From Octopus vulgaris (Eukaryota): a stretch of 64,000 nucleotides of DNA. Location: contig OX597819.1 in NCBI GenBank assembly GCA_951406725.2, forward strand, positions 92,814,001 through 92,878,000, in the 5' to 3' direction. Below, piece after piece: positions 1 to 13,396 of this stretch (positions are counted from its first letter, which is position 1; each line of letters starts with the position of its first letter). The notes beneath the pieces are model-generated. The model was not told the DNA's origin. It was given only the letters and a program-made list of their open reading frames with translations, and made no database searches. The translations under genes and the position numbers were made by a program.

Positions 1-127
1 TTTCTTTCTGTGTGTACGTGTGAGCGCGTGTATGCATTATTTATGCTTTATAATTAAAATGTGTACATGTATGCACAAACAGTTGCATGTATACTTTATA
101 ATTAAAATGTGTACGTGTATGCATAAA

Positions 128-190
<63 letters not shown>

Positions 191-225
191 CATCATCATC
201 ATCATCATCATCATCATTATCATCA

Positions 226-280
<55 letters not shown>
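128..280. repeat. Compound (TAT)n/(CAT)n microsatellite; reads as the (TAA)n tail or target of the adjacent minus-strand R4/Dong element
   Basis: Direct inspection; abuts the 3' UTR of the LINE fragment at 281. Confidence 0.95.
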
Positions 281-283
<3 letters not shown>

Positions 284-1700
284 TATACACACAACAGATT
301 AGACTGCTGGAAAAGAAAAACCCTAACATCGGGCTACAACAAGTAACCTTAGATGCTAAGAACTCTCCTAAGTATCCTAGCTGTCCCTAATATCACTGTT
401 TTCTACAACTGTACTAAACTGGGTTTTATGCCTATTTCCTCTATCCATTTGTTCAAATCTTTAGGTATAGTTCCCGATGCACCTATAACTACCGGAGTAC
501 ATTTTACCCGCACTTTCCATAGTCTGTGTACTTCAATTGCTAGTTCCTGCTACTTTGCTATTTTTTTACACCTCTCATATTGATTTTTTTCATCATTTTG
601 GATTGTACTGGATTGTACTGGCACTTTCTATTCCCTTTATCTATTACTACCAAATCAGGCCTTCTAGTTTCTATTACTGTCAGTCTGAATGTTAAAGTAG
701 CATAGCATCTTATATTTCTTACTTTCTAGTACTTTACCATGTTCGTGCTCATACCGTTTATCAGTATGTTGAAATCCTAGCTTTCTATGTTACTCCCAGT
801 GAATTACTTTCCCTAGGTTGTCATATCTTTTCTTGCATTCTTTCTGTGCCAGCAAGCTACAATCACTTACTATATGAGTAACACATTCCTCTTTTGATTT
901 GCGTAGCCTACATTGGGAATTCACTTGGCTTCTGTCTATCTTGGCTTTCATCCAATTACTCCTTAATGCTTGATTTTGTGCTGCTATTAACAAACTTTCT
1001 GTCTCCCCTTTCAGTCTTTCTTTCATGTCTCACTGCTACTGTTTACTGCAACTATATATGGAAATCTACCATGCAAATCCTTCTCCTGTCAGTCAAATAA
1101 CTTCTGTTCTTTTTTCTGGGTTTTTTACTTCGCTTCAGTTTTTGGTTTTCCTATATCTTGTGAGTCTAGCAGCTAGCTAACTCCACGCATTTCTTCCATG
1201 TGTCCATGCTAAAACTAATTAATTCTCTTATGTTGCCTACTACACTGAATATACTCAAACATTCACTTATCCATGAGTGTGGGATCATGTCATAGGCTTT
1301 CTTATAATCTATCCATGCTACCGTTAGATTTTTCTTTCTAGCTTTTACTTCTTTTAGATCTCCTTTTCCTGTATGCAATAGATCATGCGTTCCTCTAGCT
1401 TTCTTCCAGCAACCTTTCTGTTTTTCTGGTAGTACATTCCCTGTTGTCAAAGTGCTTATAAATGCTTTCTAAAAGTATTCCTGTTAACAGCCTCCACACG
1501 AAGAATGTGATTAGTCTATAAAAATGTGATTGGTCTATAAGAATGTGATTGGTCTATAATTGCTAGCTATATTACAATTGCTTTTATCTTTCATAAGGAG
1601 TATTGTCCCCCCTCTAGTCATCCAATCTGATATTATTACCGTATTTTTTCACCGTAGAATTTCCATCAACAGTTTGCCATCACCCCTTCCTGCCTTATTC
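281..1700 (-). mobile_element. Degenerate R4/Dong-clade (restriction-like endonuclease) non-LTR retrotransposon, internally deleted
   Basis: RT motifs NYRPITF, LPEKQKGC, AWIDYKKAYDMIPHSWI (1166-1450); C-terminal LKGETESLLIAAQNQAL..CRL..EECVTHIVSDC knuckle region (790-1026); ends in (TAA)n. Confidence 0.88.
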
Positions 1701-1754
1701 ATCTATCACTCCTTCCTTTTTCATTCATATGTTGTGACGGAGAAAAACACGAGT

Positions 1755-2887
1755 ATTGTTGTTGTTGTTGTTGTTATACTTCCGGTTGGAAGGCTAGAAC
1801 GTCGGTGGAAGCTTGACAAGTATTTTTGGTATCAAAACTAATGTTTCCATTGATATTAATGCTCCAGAGAAAAGAATTAAATAATATTTGGGTTTTGGGT
1901 CCCTCTCGTCCTCATTTCATCCTGCCTACAGGCGCACACTTAGAGTAGGCCCATTCACACGGGCCATTCTTGTCCCATTCACCCACCTTTCGACAAACTT
2001 ACTGGGTGACAGTACCTCTCTCTCCAGCCTAACGTTCCTTTTCAGGTGGAATCTGAAAAGATTAATGTGGCCTTGGCTGAAGAGGAACATACCCGTCTTC
2101 AACCATTTCAATCGCGATCACTACACAACCTCTTTCGTTATAGCCACCAGATCACATATGACAATAACAAATCGGCAAAGTTCCACAAGTCAACAGTATG
2201 TGGACACCGTACGAGAGCATGCAGAATTGTTTCATTGCTTCGCGTGCATCTCGGATAAGCCCGTTTAACTACTGACCCGTACCTGTAGAGCTTAGCACGA
2301 ACCGACAGAGCCCCGCCCCCGGTAGCAGTGCCAGGCCAGGGATTTCAAAAATTTATCCATAGGACCCGGCCCGAAAGTCCTCCGTAAGAGACCAGTCAGT
2401 TGATCCCTCCCGATGCCCAGTACTTCTAGAACGTCGTTACTCTTGCCCGCCACTAATCCCCAAGGTGGAACTTCCATCGACTGCATTGCCGGACTGGCCG
2501 AGTGCTGTGAACGCTTGGAGACACCCTAGGTGCCAAGCGCCCTGTCTCAGTCTACGCATGATCGAGAACTGTAGCTATGTCAAAGAGACGAACTGTGGAA
2601 ACCTCGTCCAACAAACGATGACCACACTTGCTCACCATTAAGTTATCACTGGAGATGTCGCACCTTCAGTGCATGTTTGCGCATTATCAAACATGGCATA
2701 GTCACCCCTCCACGCAACGGTTGCTGACAGTAAATGGACCAAGCGGCACTTGTCCCTTCAACAGGAAGCAGACGAGCAATAGCACCAGCCCGTTCAGCCA
2801 CAAAGCGGGGCAAGGGACGACAGTCAGGCGATAGTATATGACGGATGCAATGTACGCATTCTCCAGGGACAGCTTCCTCTCAGCCCA
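1755..2887 (-). mobile_element. Tx1/L1-clade LINE, 3' part of ORF2 plus 3' UTR
   Basis: Minus translation from 2887 WAERKLSL..NAYIASVIYYRLTVVPCP, then QQPLRGG..MP and RKHALK; ORF end FHLKRNVRLEREVLSPSKFVERW (1926-2111); short (AAC)n at 1755-1776. Confidence 0.72.
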
Positions 2888-3575
2888 GTTATTCAGTTAT
2901 TCAATGAAATTATGAGAAATCCTAAGAAAACACCTGATTGGTTGGCCATAGGCATTATTTTCCTACTCTCGAAGAATAATGAAAACAAATTTCCCCAAAA
3001 CTATCGGCCCATAACATGTCTATCTCCACGTATAAAATTTTAACATCCATCCTCGTGGAGAAAACATAGACATTTATAGAAAAGAACAATATTATCCCCA
3101 ATGAACAAAAAGGGTGCCGATGAGGCTCATATGGATGCAAAGGCCAGCTCTTCATCAATCTCATGACCCTTGAGAACTGTCATAACAAACGCAGAAATCT
3201 CAGTTCCGTATGGATTGTTTATAAAAAGTATACCACACACCTGGATTTTGTAATCGCTGAATATTTTCAAATTTTTCCTGTGATTTCAAACTTCCTGAAG
3301 CATAACATATCAGTATGGAATACGAATCTTCAATTATACCACTCTAATGGAATACTGACCACAAACAATATTAATATCAACTGCACATTTTCAAAGGTAA
3401 CTCAGTTTCACTTCTAATGTTTTGCATAGCCCTGATACCCCTTACAAGTGAACTTAACAAAAACGTTATGGGTATAAAATTGGCGAGCAGAAAATAAGTC
3501 ATCTATTTTATATGGCTAACTTAAAACTCTATGGCAAAGATGATAATGAGCTTGAAGGACTACTACGTACTGTGA
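2888..3575 (+). mobile_element. Second R4/Dong-clade RT fragment (different subfamily)
   Basis: PDWLAIGIIFLL..NYRPITCL, IIPNEQKGCR*GSYGCKGQL, RNLSSVWIVYKK, HLFYMANLKLYGKDDNEL, with stops and frameshifts. Confidence 0.85.
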
Positions 3576-3829
3576 TGACATTATTAAGGTTCGGATACGT
3601 GATGCTGATAAGCCAAACACAAAAGGCAAAACATCGCTGTCCATCATTCCTAGATGAGATCTGGAGCTAGTTATTTTGCCTCTCCTTGACTCTCAGATAT
3701 TTTAACAACCGGTGCTTCGAACATAACAAATCATAGCCTACCGGGAAATACACACACCATTTATGTTAAATATATGTGGTCGATAATGTTTATCTCACAC
3801 ACGCACACACACATATGTTTATATACCTA

Positions 3830-3833
<4 letters not shown>

Positions 3834-3908
<75 letters not shown>

Positions 3909-4030
3909 CATACATGTATATATACGTGCATACAAACATACATACATACATACATACATATATACATACATACACACATACATACATACACACATACACA
4001 CATACACACACACATACATACATACATACA
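3834..4030. repeat. (TA)n / (TACA)n compound microsatellite
   Basis: Direct inspection. Confidence 0.95.
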
Positions 4031-4381
4031 CAGTCATGCTGACACATATTGCACATGAAAATTGTTCGTTAATTGTTTCCATATATTTAATCACTTATGA
4101 TTGGTAGTATGAATAATATATGAATTTCTTACTCCTGTAAATTATATCTCACGACGAATATTTTAATTAGAGTAACGCAATTAGTGTCAGTATTAACAAT
4201 GATACAAAAATTAACTTCGCTTAATTAATTTAATAGTATATTGGAACCAAAAAGTAGTTCTCATTTTAATATTGGATATTATGCTCTAGTAACGTATTAA
4301 GATGTAGATTGGTGAGAAAAACAAATAAGTTTACGAATATAGATGCGACCGAACAATGTCCGAATGGGTAAACTGACATAC

Positions 4382-4441
4382 TGCTTCCAAGCCGTAGCTG
4401 CCGTAGTCTGAGTAGGAGCTGCTCACCGCTGTCGTGGACAT
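4382..4441 (-). CDS. Candidate first coding segment MSTTAVSSSYSDYGSYGLEA, inside putative exon 4775-4382
   Basis: ACAATG start at 4441; exactly 20 codons, then GTATGT donor at 4381; acceptor ttttaattattcctgcctag ends at 4776; locally GC-richer, not a recognisable repeat; no homology recognised. Confidence 0.4.
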
Positions 4442-4804
4442 TGTCAATAAACGTTAAAATTAGAATGGCTATGAAAATCTACTAAGTTAAAGCCGAAACA
4501 ATCTCTGTCGATGAAAAACAATAGAAATCTTAACAACATTGAGGTTGTAAACGACGTTCGACTGCTTTTTTATGCAGATTGGTCCATAATACCGAGAGTA
4601 ACGAATTTTGGTTGCAATATCATGGTTTGCATCTATTTTTCTGGAATAGGAGTCAATACTACATATGAAATCAAGTTTGTAATAAACAGTTTAGTCTATG
4701 CTACACTCTACCAAGAGCAGATTATATTCCTCTGTACCAAGAGTCTTTAGAGAAATCATGAATATTTCAACATATCTAGGCAGGAATAATTAAAAAAATA
4801 AGAG

Positions 4805-4950
4805 AAGTAGGGTTGCGTGGGAAGATGTTCGCTTCCCAGCTGCATGGTCTCGGGTCCAGTTCCACTGCATGACACCTTGGGCCAATGTTTTCTACTATAG
4901 TCCCGGCCAATCAAAGCCTTTGGTAGATAAATCCGAATGAAGCCCAGCGC
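4805..4950 (+). mobile_element. Degenerate 5' part of tRNA-derived SINE (same family as 13397-13829)
   Basis: catggt..gggt.cagt.ccactgc..gacaccttggg..tctactatag..aaagcctt matches the 13397 copy. Confidence 0.75.
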
Positions 4951-5007
4951 GATAGATCGCTAGCCACTAAACTTTTTTCTATTTTCTCTACCTGTTTATT
5001 TGTGTTC

Positions 5008-5043
5008 CGTTCTGTCGAAGAGCCTAGGCTCGAAACATAAATG
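5008..5043 (+). ncRNA. Minimal type I hammerhead motif in a PLE-type terminus (about 4950-5133)
   Basis: cgtt-CTGTCGA-A-GAGC ctag GCTC-GAAA-CATA-aatg; same family as 61709-61744; about 90 nt upstream of (TA)n. Confidence 0.55.
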
Positions 5044-5131
5044 ACTTTCTCACTTCCCGAGCGTTAAACTAATACATCTGTTTGTTGTTTACCTACCAGT
5101 CTTCGTCTTTTGCTTTTTTGAAAATTCTCAC

Positions 5132-5236
<105 letters not shown>

Positions 5237-5315
5237 AGATTACCGTATTACTGTTCCATTATAAGCGGGATTAAACAAAAATTTACTCCATCCAGTAAGG
5301 GACGGATATCATTTA

Positions 5316-6637
5316 CCGTATATATTCGAGTAATAGTCGATCTCATATAAAAGTCGAACCCCTATTTTGGGTCAAAAAATTAGGAATTTTCCATAGACCT
5401 TGTATAAAAGTGATAACCTAGTATTTCACGAACAACAATACATTTGTTGGTCAAGGTACCTGAATTAACGTGTAGGTAGAAATAACACTGTTACAAAATT
5501 GTGTGACTACCTTACTGTAGCCTGCTGTATAGGTGAAACACTTAATGTTTATAATGGAACGCTCGGTGCTTATAGTAAAACACCTTTTAATAGCAAGCTC
5601 TACACATCTGTTGATGGGTGCTGCATCACCATTACTAAAATGTATTCACAGGATATGCTGCAAGCCTGCATACATCTTCGAGTACAATAAACACATGTGT
5701 CGTACACTCGTTGTTTAAATGGTGAGAAAGATGTTTCACAGACAGCACTATTTGTGAACACTGTCTGAATTCGTACAAATGCATGACTTTGGTAAGCCTA
5801 AAAACATTCAATTAATCGCTAGATCAGTGTTTTTATGCGAGCTTTATATTTTCCACATCTCTAAATACAATATACACATGCGTCATATGCTTGTCTGTTT
5901 ACATGGTGAGAAACGTGTTTCATAGACAGCACTACTGGTAAACAACAGCAAACACCACTATATGAATTCGCTCAGAGGCATGACTTCGGTAAGCTTCAAA
6001 ATATTTAGTTAATCACTAGATCAGTGGTTCCAAAAATTTTTCGCCGCGGAATCGTTCGACATTATTTTTAAAAACGTGAAACCCTAGATAACATTCAGGG
6101 AACCCTGAGGTTTTGCAGAACACATTTTGAGAACCCATGCTCCAGATTAACGACTCTACATCTTATTATGGACATTTACTGCGCATGACATCCTACAACG
6201 TTTTTTGAAATACATCATCAAGTAGGTATCAGCTGTAGGTTGTGGCATGACGGTAACGGGTAGATATATTACCGGTAGTAATCTAACATAATTATGACAT
6301 ATAAATTGATTTCACTCAACCAGTCTGTTAAGTTTGATAGATACAAATAAAAGAGAAAGTGTAAATATTTATAACAGCTACGCGGTCTTGTTTGTGGGTT
6401 TTGTTGTTTACTAGGACGTGTGTTTTGATGCATGGAATTGGTGATATAACTGTAATTCACTGTGTTTTTGTTTTTATTCGCTTTGAGATCAGTTGAGCTT
6501 CTAATGTTGATACGATACTTTGGATTCTAGCTTGAATTTTAACCTCTCAAAAGTAGAATATCTGCAATAGTCAACCCTATAAATTTAACCTTTAAAAATG
6601 GTTTTAAAAAATTCGACTTTTACATGAGTATATAGAG
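5316..6637. mobile_element. Non-autonomous pogo/Tc2-type DNA transposon
   Basis: TIRs TA|CCGTATATATTCGAGTAATAGTCGA ... TCGACTTTTACATGAGTATATAGAG|TA; internal diverged duplication about 5710-5830 / 5897-6026. Confidence 0.7.
6022..6139. mobile_element. hAT-Charlie/MER5-like MITE nested in the pogo element
   Basis: CAGTGGTTCCAAAA ... TTTGAGAACCCATG termini; similar 8-bp flanks cactagat / ctccagat. Confidence 0.6.
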
Positions 6638-6699
6638 TAATATTAAAAATTTACAAGAGGTACCAGGATTTTTCATGTGGTTGAGTCGGAATGATTCGG

Positions 6700-7290
6700 T
6701 ACATTTACACAACATACCATGTTTCTCTATGCAATCCTTCAGGCTAAGTGCATTTCGTTTGTACTATCCGAAGACTAGCGAGAAAAAAATCGGAAAGAAG
6801 GTTGGTGCATAAAGTGTAACGAGAAGGAAAAAAAAAAAAAGAAAACCAAGATCTGAGTCCCCTTTGTAGAAATCGTAATTAGCCCAGCTGGGGTAAAATA
6901 ATAGAACAGTCAAGAGGCCATATCTGCAATATCGCTACAGAATCCTGAAAGTATTGTGTCCTCTCGTTCGACAAAAGAATTTCGACCATCTGCCTGCATT
7001 TGCTAAAAATTTCTCTCCTGGAGTTATGTAGGGTTGTGGAATTCTTGGATCTAAAACGTATGTGCGACCTTTCAGCTACGCATGGTCTGCACGTGTTTGA
7101 TCCTTTTACTTATGACAAATATATTTCGCGATTCTACAATTAATTGTATATGGTATTTAATTCGTCTCCAGATCCTATACATGGCTAGCCAACTTAGTGG
7201 ATTTATTTTTATCAATGTGTCATTAAGAAGATTGGTTGTTTGCATAACGTCTTTTAACATTACCTTCGCATAAACCGAAGTAATTTTTCT
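6700..7290 (-). mobile_element. Decayed Penelope-like GIY-YIG endonuclease fragment
   Basis: Minus translation GLCEGNVKRRYANNQSS and TKLASHV*DL..IPYTINCRI; parallels the PLE endonuclease segments at about 24020 and 32280. Confidence 0.6.
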
Positions 7291-8430
7291 TTTCGTTTAC
7301 GCTATCTTGGAGCACTGCCGTGAGTTCGGCTTCGTAAACAACTGAGTTTACCAACCATGCCTGTACGTATATGGTGCGTCTTTGTGTTTGTGTCCATCAC
7401 ATTATAAATGAACATGTATAAACATGGGATACTGATAATGCAGGTACATTTCCACACACACACACACTTACTAAACATAGACACACAGAGAAATATACGT
7501 ATGTGCAAATAAAGACACATACAATAAGAATACAAAATGGTAGATTGTTAATAAGGAGAGAGACTCAAAAGAGAAAGACGAAAGCAAAGGACGGCTGATT
7601 TGGTCACAGAAGTGTGACGAAAGAACTCTGACCGAAATAAAATTAATATAAAAGAAAGCTGAAGCAAATGAGCACAAAATATATAGTGCGTGTGCTTTCA
7701 TTGCCTAAACTGGCAACATGGCCATCCCCAAATACAACAATATCTGTTTCAACGTACGAATTCACATCAAGAATCTTGCAAAATGAATATATAAACGCAT
7801 ATATATATATACACACATATATATGATTATTTAATCTAATTCTATTATATATGATTATTTAATCTAATTCTATTTCGCTTTTATTGTATTGTTTTACTTT
7901 TATAAGCAATTTATTTGGTTTATATATTTTTATATATTGAACTTGTGACAAACTAAAAAAGAACTTCCCTTGTAGTTGCACATTTAGAAAATTTGAATAG
8001 ATTAATTTTGTGTTTTGTATTTTTATACTGATTGCTCTATTTTTTTCACTTTCCGTGCACATTGTTGGAAGGTATTGTTGACGAGATTTTCTGATCCACC
8101 ATACTTTGTTAAGCTTGTTTTTGAAGTGATAAAATGTTCGTGATGTGATGTCGATTGGGAAATAAAGTGCCAAGCAGTCTATATTTGTTGTATTGTCTGA
8201 ATGTCCTTTTTGGAATAAGCTCTTTGTTATAAGTACTATTTTGTAGTTATAAGTTATCACTCTGTGTTTACTCTGATCTTGTTACTTGTAGTAATAACTT
8301 CTGGATTCTCAGGCAACATATATATATATTTTTAACGCTGTTCATACCGTCGGATTGAATTGTACTTCCAATATGTCGAAAGCGTAGTGGCATTCGTTTG
8401 GCAGGTAATACACGTTTATTATATTTAATT

Positions 8431-8999
8431 GTGAATTTCCTATATCTTAATGTTGTTATTCTGAATTTCCCTTCATTCCTTTAATGCGGAAAGTATATGT
8501 GGTTTCACGGATTGTGGGGATCACTTACTGTTGTATTGCTTGGTCTTCTTCGTAGGTAATGCAGTTAGGCTTAGATAATGCTTAGATATTGGTGTCTACT
8601 TTTGGTAGGTTTTGTTACATATGTGTGTGTATGTATGTGTATGTGCATACATATATATATACATATACATATATATATGCAATGCATATACACACATACA
8701 CATATATACATCCGTGTGAATTTCCTATATCTTAATGTTGTTATTCTGAATTTCCCTTCATTCCTTAATGCGGAAAGTATATGTGGTTTCACGGATTGTG
8801 GGGATCACTTACTGTTGTATTGCTTGGTCTTCTTCGTAGGTAATGCAGTTAGGCTTAGATAATGCTTAGATATTGGTGTCTACTTTTGGTAGGTTTTGTT
8901 ACATATGTGTGTGTATGTATGTGTATGTGCATACATATATATATACATATACATATATATATGCAATGCATATACACACATACACATATATACATCCGT
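8431..8999. repeat. Near-perfect tandem duplication, about 285 bp x2 (8431-8715, 8716-8999)
   Basis: gtgaatttcctatatc...tacatccgt repeated; one 1-nt indel seen. Confidence 0.95.
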
Positions 9000-9152
9000 A
9001 CATATACACTCGCACACACAGGTACACACACATATATGATAAACACATGCATATACACCCACACACAATGAACCACCAACACCAACAAGGAGAGACTCAC
9101 GCATGTGCCTAACAGCACACAAGCATTTACAATTATACATATACATTCACAC

Positions 9153-9330
9153 CTGCGGAATTTGCACAGCTTGCTACCCTGTAGCTCTTCTATGTATGAG
9201 TTTTTATTCTGTAACTTCCGATCGTTCGCGTCTCCTCTATCTTCATCATGTGTTGACATACTTCAACTCATATTTCCTTACTGCTACCGACATTTTTCTT
9301 GCTTTTACACATTCTCTTTCTTCCAACTAT
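9153..9330 (-). other. Candidate 5' UTR exon
   Basis: Long CT-rich tract ending ttcttag (acceptor 9331) and CAG|GTGTGA donor at 9152; the pyrimidine tract could simply be microsatellite. Confidence 0.25.
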
Positions 9331-9682
9331 CTAAGAAGGAGAGAGTGAGAGGAGAGAGGGAGAGAAAAACAGAGAGAAAGAGAGAGAGAGTGTGTGTGTA
9401 TAAGTATTACGATTGATGCATAATACGTGCATTAATTATGAGTGTCGTATATTAATCTAAATGCAACTTGATGTTTGTTTACAATCCAATCTATTCGTAC
9501 ATATATAATTATTTGAATCATATTTGACTCTTATTTCTTGCAATAATTGTACTATTGATTACCTCCTATCACTTTAGTGACGTCTATCAATTTGCCTTTA
9601 GGTTGTTAAATTGCTAAGACGCCCATATTATTTGTGTGTGTGTATATATATATACATACATACATATATGCATGAATATATA

Positions 9683-10550
9683 CAGGATGCCTTGGGTAAA
9701 CTGTCACCATTTTATATATATTTAATTTCGAGCTTGCGTATTGTTTGTTTTGAATTGTGTCAACTACACAGTATCGTAGGGTCAGTTGAGTACCATATGT
9801 GAGAAAAACAGTACGATGATGCAATTCATTCACTCTGCCAAGAGTTTGGAAACGACATGAACTACTTGGCATTCGCGCTGGAGGTTCCAATAGGAATATT
9901 TCAGAGGATTTGTGTGTCAATCTTAGTACAATGCAATCTGAGGACACTTAATGCGAATGATAAAAATCAAACATCCAGTCAACACCATGGTGTTTGGAGT
10001 GATCACTAGTAGTGACGACGTTATGCCTCCATTGAACTTCCCACACGGTTTTAGACTCAACGCGGGGGCTTCAATCACGTGTTTGGAGGATGTAGTGCTG
10101 CCCTGAGTCCTCATATCTGGTAAGAGGTCTCTGCACCATGCCACACTAACAGGAGAACCCAGTTATGGCTGTCAGACAATTTCTACGTCCACATAATCCC
10201 TACAATCTGGCCAACTAACTCCTCAGACACAACCCACTTGATTATTATATGTGGAGCGCAGTTCAGAGAGAGACCAACAAAACTCCTTGCAACACCAAAG
10301 ATGAACTGAAGGCAAGGATTATGGCAGCATTTACCAACTTAAACGAAGAGACCTCCAGAAGAATTGCAGAACATTCCGAAGTCGTCTGGAGGCGGTGGTT
10401 GAAGCCAATGGCGATTTTATTGAAAAAATTTACTCTTTAGTATTTCAAGATATCTTGATGTAATTTTGGTAAATACATCTACTAAAATTGGATGTATGTG
10501 TTACTTCCATTTTTGTGTAAATTAGACGACGATTTATTCACCGCACCATG
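9683..10550 (+). mobile_element. Internally deleted Tc1/mariner-superfamily element, DD37D (maT) type
   Basis: TA|CAGGATGCCTTGGGTAAA ... TTTATTCACCGCACCATG termini; KHPVNTMVFGVI, SAPCHTNRRTQ, IWPTNSSD..DYYMW; paralogue at 38241. Confidence 0.85.
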
Positions 10551-10712
10551 CCTATCTGCTCCTCGAAATATGGGTTAGATAGACAGCTGACAACTGATAA
10601 AATGTCATTCTTCGTGTTACTTGTTCTGTTTTCCATTTTTTCTCTCGTTGTTTGCGTATTTAACTAATTTGTTTTTCGCATTCATGTTGTATACTGTTGG
10701 TGATGTCCTGTA

Positions 10713-10780
<68 letters not shown>

Positions 10781-10921
10781 GAAATAAGGTAATCAGAAAT
10801 CTGGATGGTTTTATATTTACAGATTTTTATTAATATGTCACATGTTTTTATAAATCATATATTAGCGCTTGCATCCACTACAGTCTTCTAATTTATAATA
10901 CCTGTACATCATCTCAAAATC

Positions 10922-10972
<51 letters not shown>

Positions 10973-11000
10973 ACAGGCGTCGGACAAAATAATGGAAACG
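10973..11000 (+). mobile_element. Isolated Tc1-like left TIR
   Basis: TA|CAGGCGTCGGACAAAATAATGGAAAC resembles Tc1-type TIRs; partner TIR not found. Confidence 0.4.
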
Positions 11001-13396
11001 CTTTGAGCATAGCATTAATGGCATGCAAGACCAAGCAACTTATATTTTCCAGGAAGGACCATATTATCGAACGTGCCGTTCTCTTTTTCATGACAGTAAT
11101 AATTGGTATAATGTAGAGTTGAATGCTCATGGCGAATCCGTTGCCAAGTCGTGCATCAAATATATTGTGTATTTGCGTGCATTATCTAGTTGCTTGAGCA
11201 ATATTCTAATGTTGTTAGTACTAGCAATTTACTTTTCATAAGGAAAATTAAAAGTTCAGGATCAAAATATAATTAGATCTGAAAAGATTGCCATGTCACT
11301 TGTAATGACATATTAGGTATTTGTATTTCATCGAAAGGTTATCAGAGACAATTATATCTAGCTTTTATAAAACGTCTTATATTTTTATATGCGAACTCTT
11401 GCTCAAAAGAGTAAATTCAATATTTTGAATTTGTATCTTTGATTTTTATTGAAGTAGAAACACTTAATATTAGCATTGTATGACGTTTCAAACGTTTCGT
11501 ATTAAAAAAAAAGAGAGATGACGCTATATTCTGTTTTCTAACTTATTTCCGGAGAAAAGCCAAGCTTGCATGTTCCAGATTATTACGCAATGTTAATGAA
11601 TAGCAAAACAATTATTGGAATTTTTTTGCAATCATTTGACTTCTCCATTATGCCATATCGTCTGACATTCCTTTTGTAAGTGATTTTATTTCAGTTATAT
11701 TACCAGCATTATGACTAATTCGTATTCTATGTGACTGAGTACCATATAGCTGTACACTAAATATTGATTTACTGTTGTTGTTTTTATTGTTTAACTGCAG
11801 TTCCACTCTAATTGAGCTGAGTTATGATCAAATGTACGACAGCTGCCGCCATCCCGCTTATTTTCCCCAGACATGGTGCATCTCGGATCATACTATACAA
11901 AAGAACAATTTTAGAGACACTATGCTGTGATATGAGAAATGCTATTTCCAGTAGCTTAAGCAAATATGTAGGGAATCATAGTTATTAACACATAATACTG
12001 CTTTGCGTAACAAGGCTGTATATTTTCAGTCAAGCGTAAAATGGACATTTTCGTGATTATAGATATTACTGCTCTACATGAAAGAAATTGTTTCTGACTG
12101 AGAATTGAAACAACGTAATACACATAAACCAATTAATTATGAGTTTACGTCTTTTAAAATATCATACGGCTTTAGAGGATGCTATTTAGCTGAATAGTTA
12201 GTGTATATATTTAAACACTTAAACAGCCTTATTTATATTTCTTTCAATAATTTGTACTCACATCCAGTTGGTACGTCATTCCCTTTCATCCCTCCAACGC
12301 CAATAAAATAAATCATTGCAATACATGGGTTTAATTGTCACCACAGTTTGTTTTTCATGACAAAATTGGCCTTGTGCATAAGCAATAAATCAATATAGCT
12401 CAATTTATAAATTTGTACCGTTACCCAATGCTAGAAAAATAAAAATTACACCTTAATGTTTGATGTGTATTTAATTTTCTTTATGAATACATATATAAAT
12501 GATGAATAAAATTACGTGAATATATATTTCTGTGTTTATATATGCGCTTTAGAATGAGTATTGGCCAGGATACTTAGAAGAATGACGCCACTGTTTAAAA
12601 AATAAAACTCACCGACTTACAAATAACAATTTTATAATATAAATTCACTTTTGTTCCACATGTATGTAACTGAGTTGTATAATACACTTATCAATCAAAA
12701 CAGCCTCTTGCATCGAGTACATATATTAAAATAAATGATAAAACACACGAAAAGAATCAGCTAGTTCTACTTACTAGAAACAATTATGTAGTATTATAGT
12801 CAGCAATACATACATTAATAAGTCATAATTCATCGATTTTAGAAAGGCCGTTCTGAAAGAACGTGAGTATACAAAAAGTTATAATATTATTTATCCGATA
12901 TAAAACAAACTGAGTCGTTATCAGGATAGGTTTTTTTTTTCTTTAAAGTCACTAACCCATGTGAAGTAAAATAAAGATATAACTTGATTTTATTGACGGT
13001 AATGAAAAGACAAGCGATAAGATAGTTACATTAACTATCGATTGTGTAAAAATACGACGTTCCATTATTTGCCTGTAGTGATCAAGACTATGTTATAGGC
13101 AGTAATGATTTTGGTCACAATAATAGTTTTAAAGCCTTTCGAAGTCAGTCCAGGATATTGCCTATATTTTTTCCTTTCGACAGTCATAGTTTCAAATTTT
13201 GTAGAGGTGGTGCACCTGAATGCTACAGTAAAGTCGCTATTTGTATCTGGATTCATTTGGAACTATCGTAAAAGAGAATATATATAATGTTAATATATGA
13301 ATTGATATGAAACTAGAAACACTCCATTTAAAATCAATACATAAATCAAATATTTCTCCAATCCCAATTCCATCAAATGAATTAGTTAATAAACAT

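Noticed and set aside
20-346. Poly-Y/H/N/I ORFs, and all YIYI/HTHT/RERE ORFs elsewhere
   Set aside because: Translations of microsatellites, not genes
6712-6745. Minus-strand CTGAAGGA..GAAACATGG downstream of the PLE fragment
   Set aside because: Position fits a pLTR ribozyme but the stems are not recoverable
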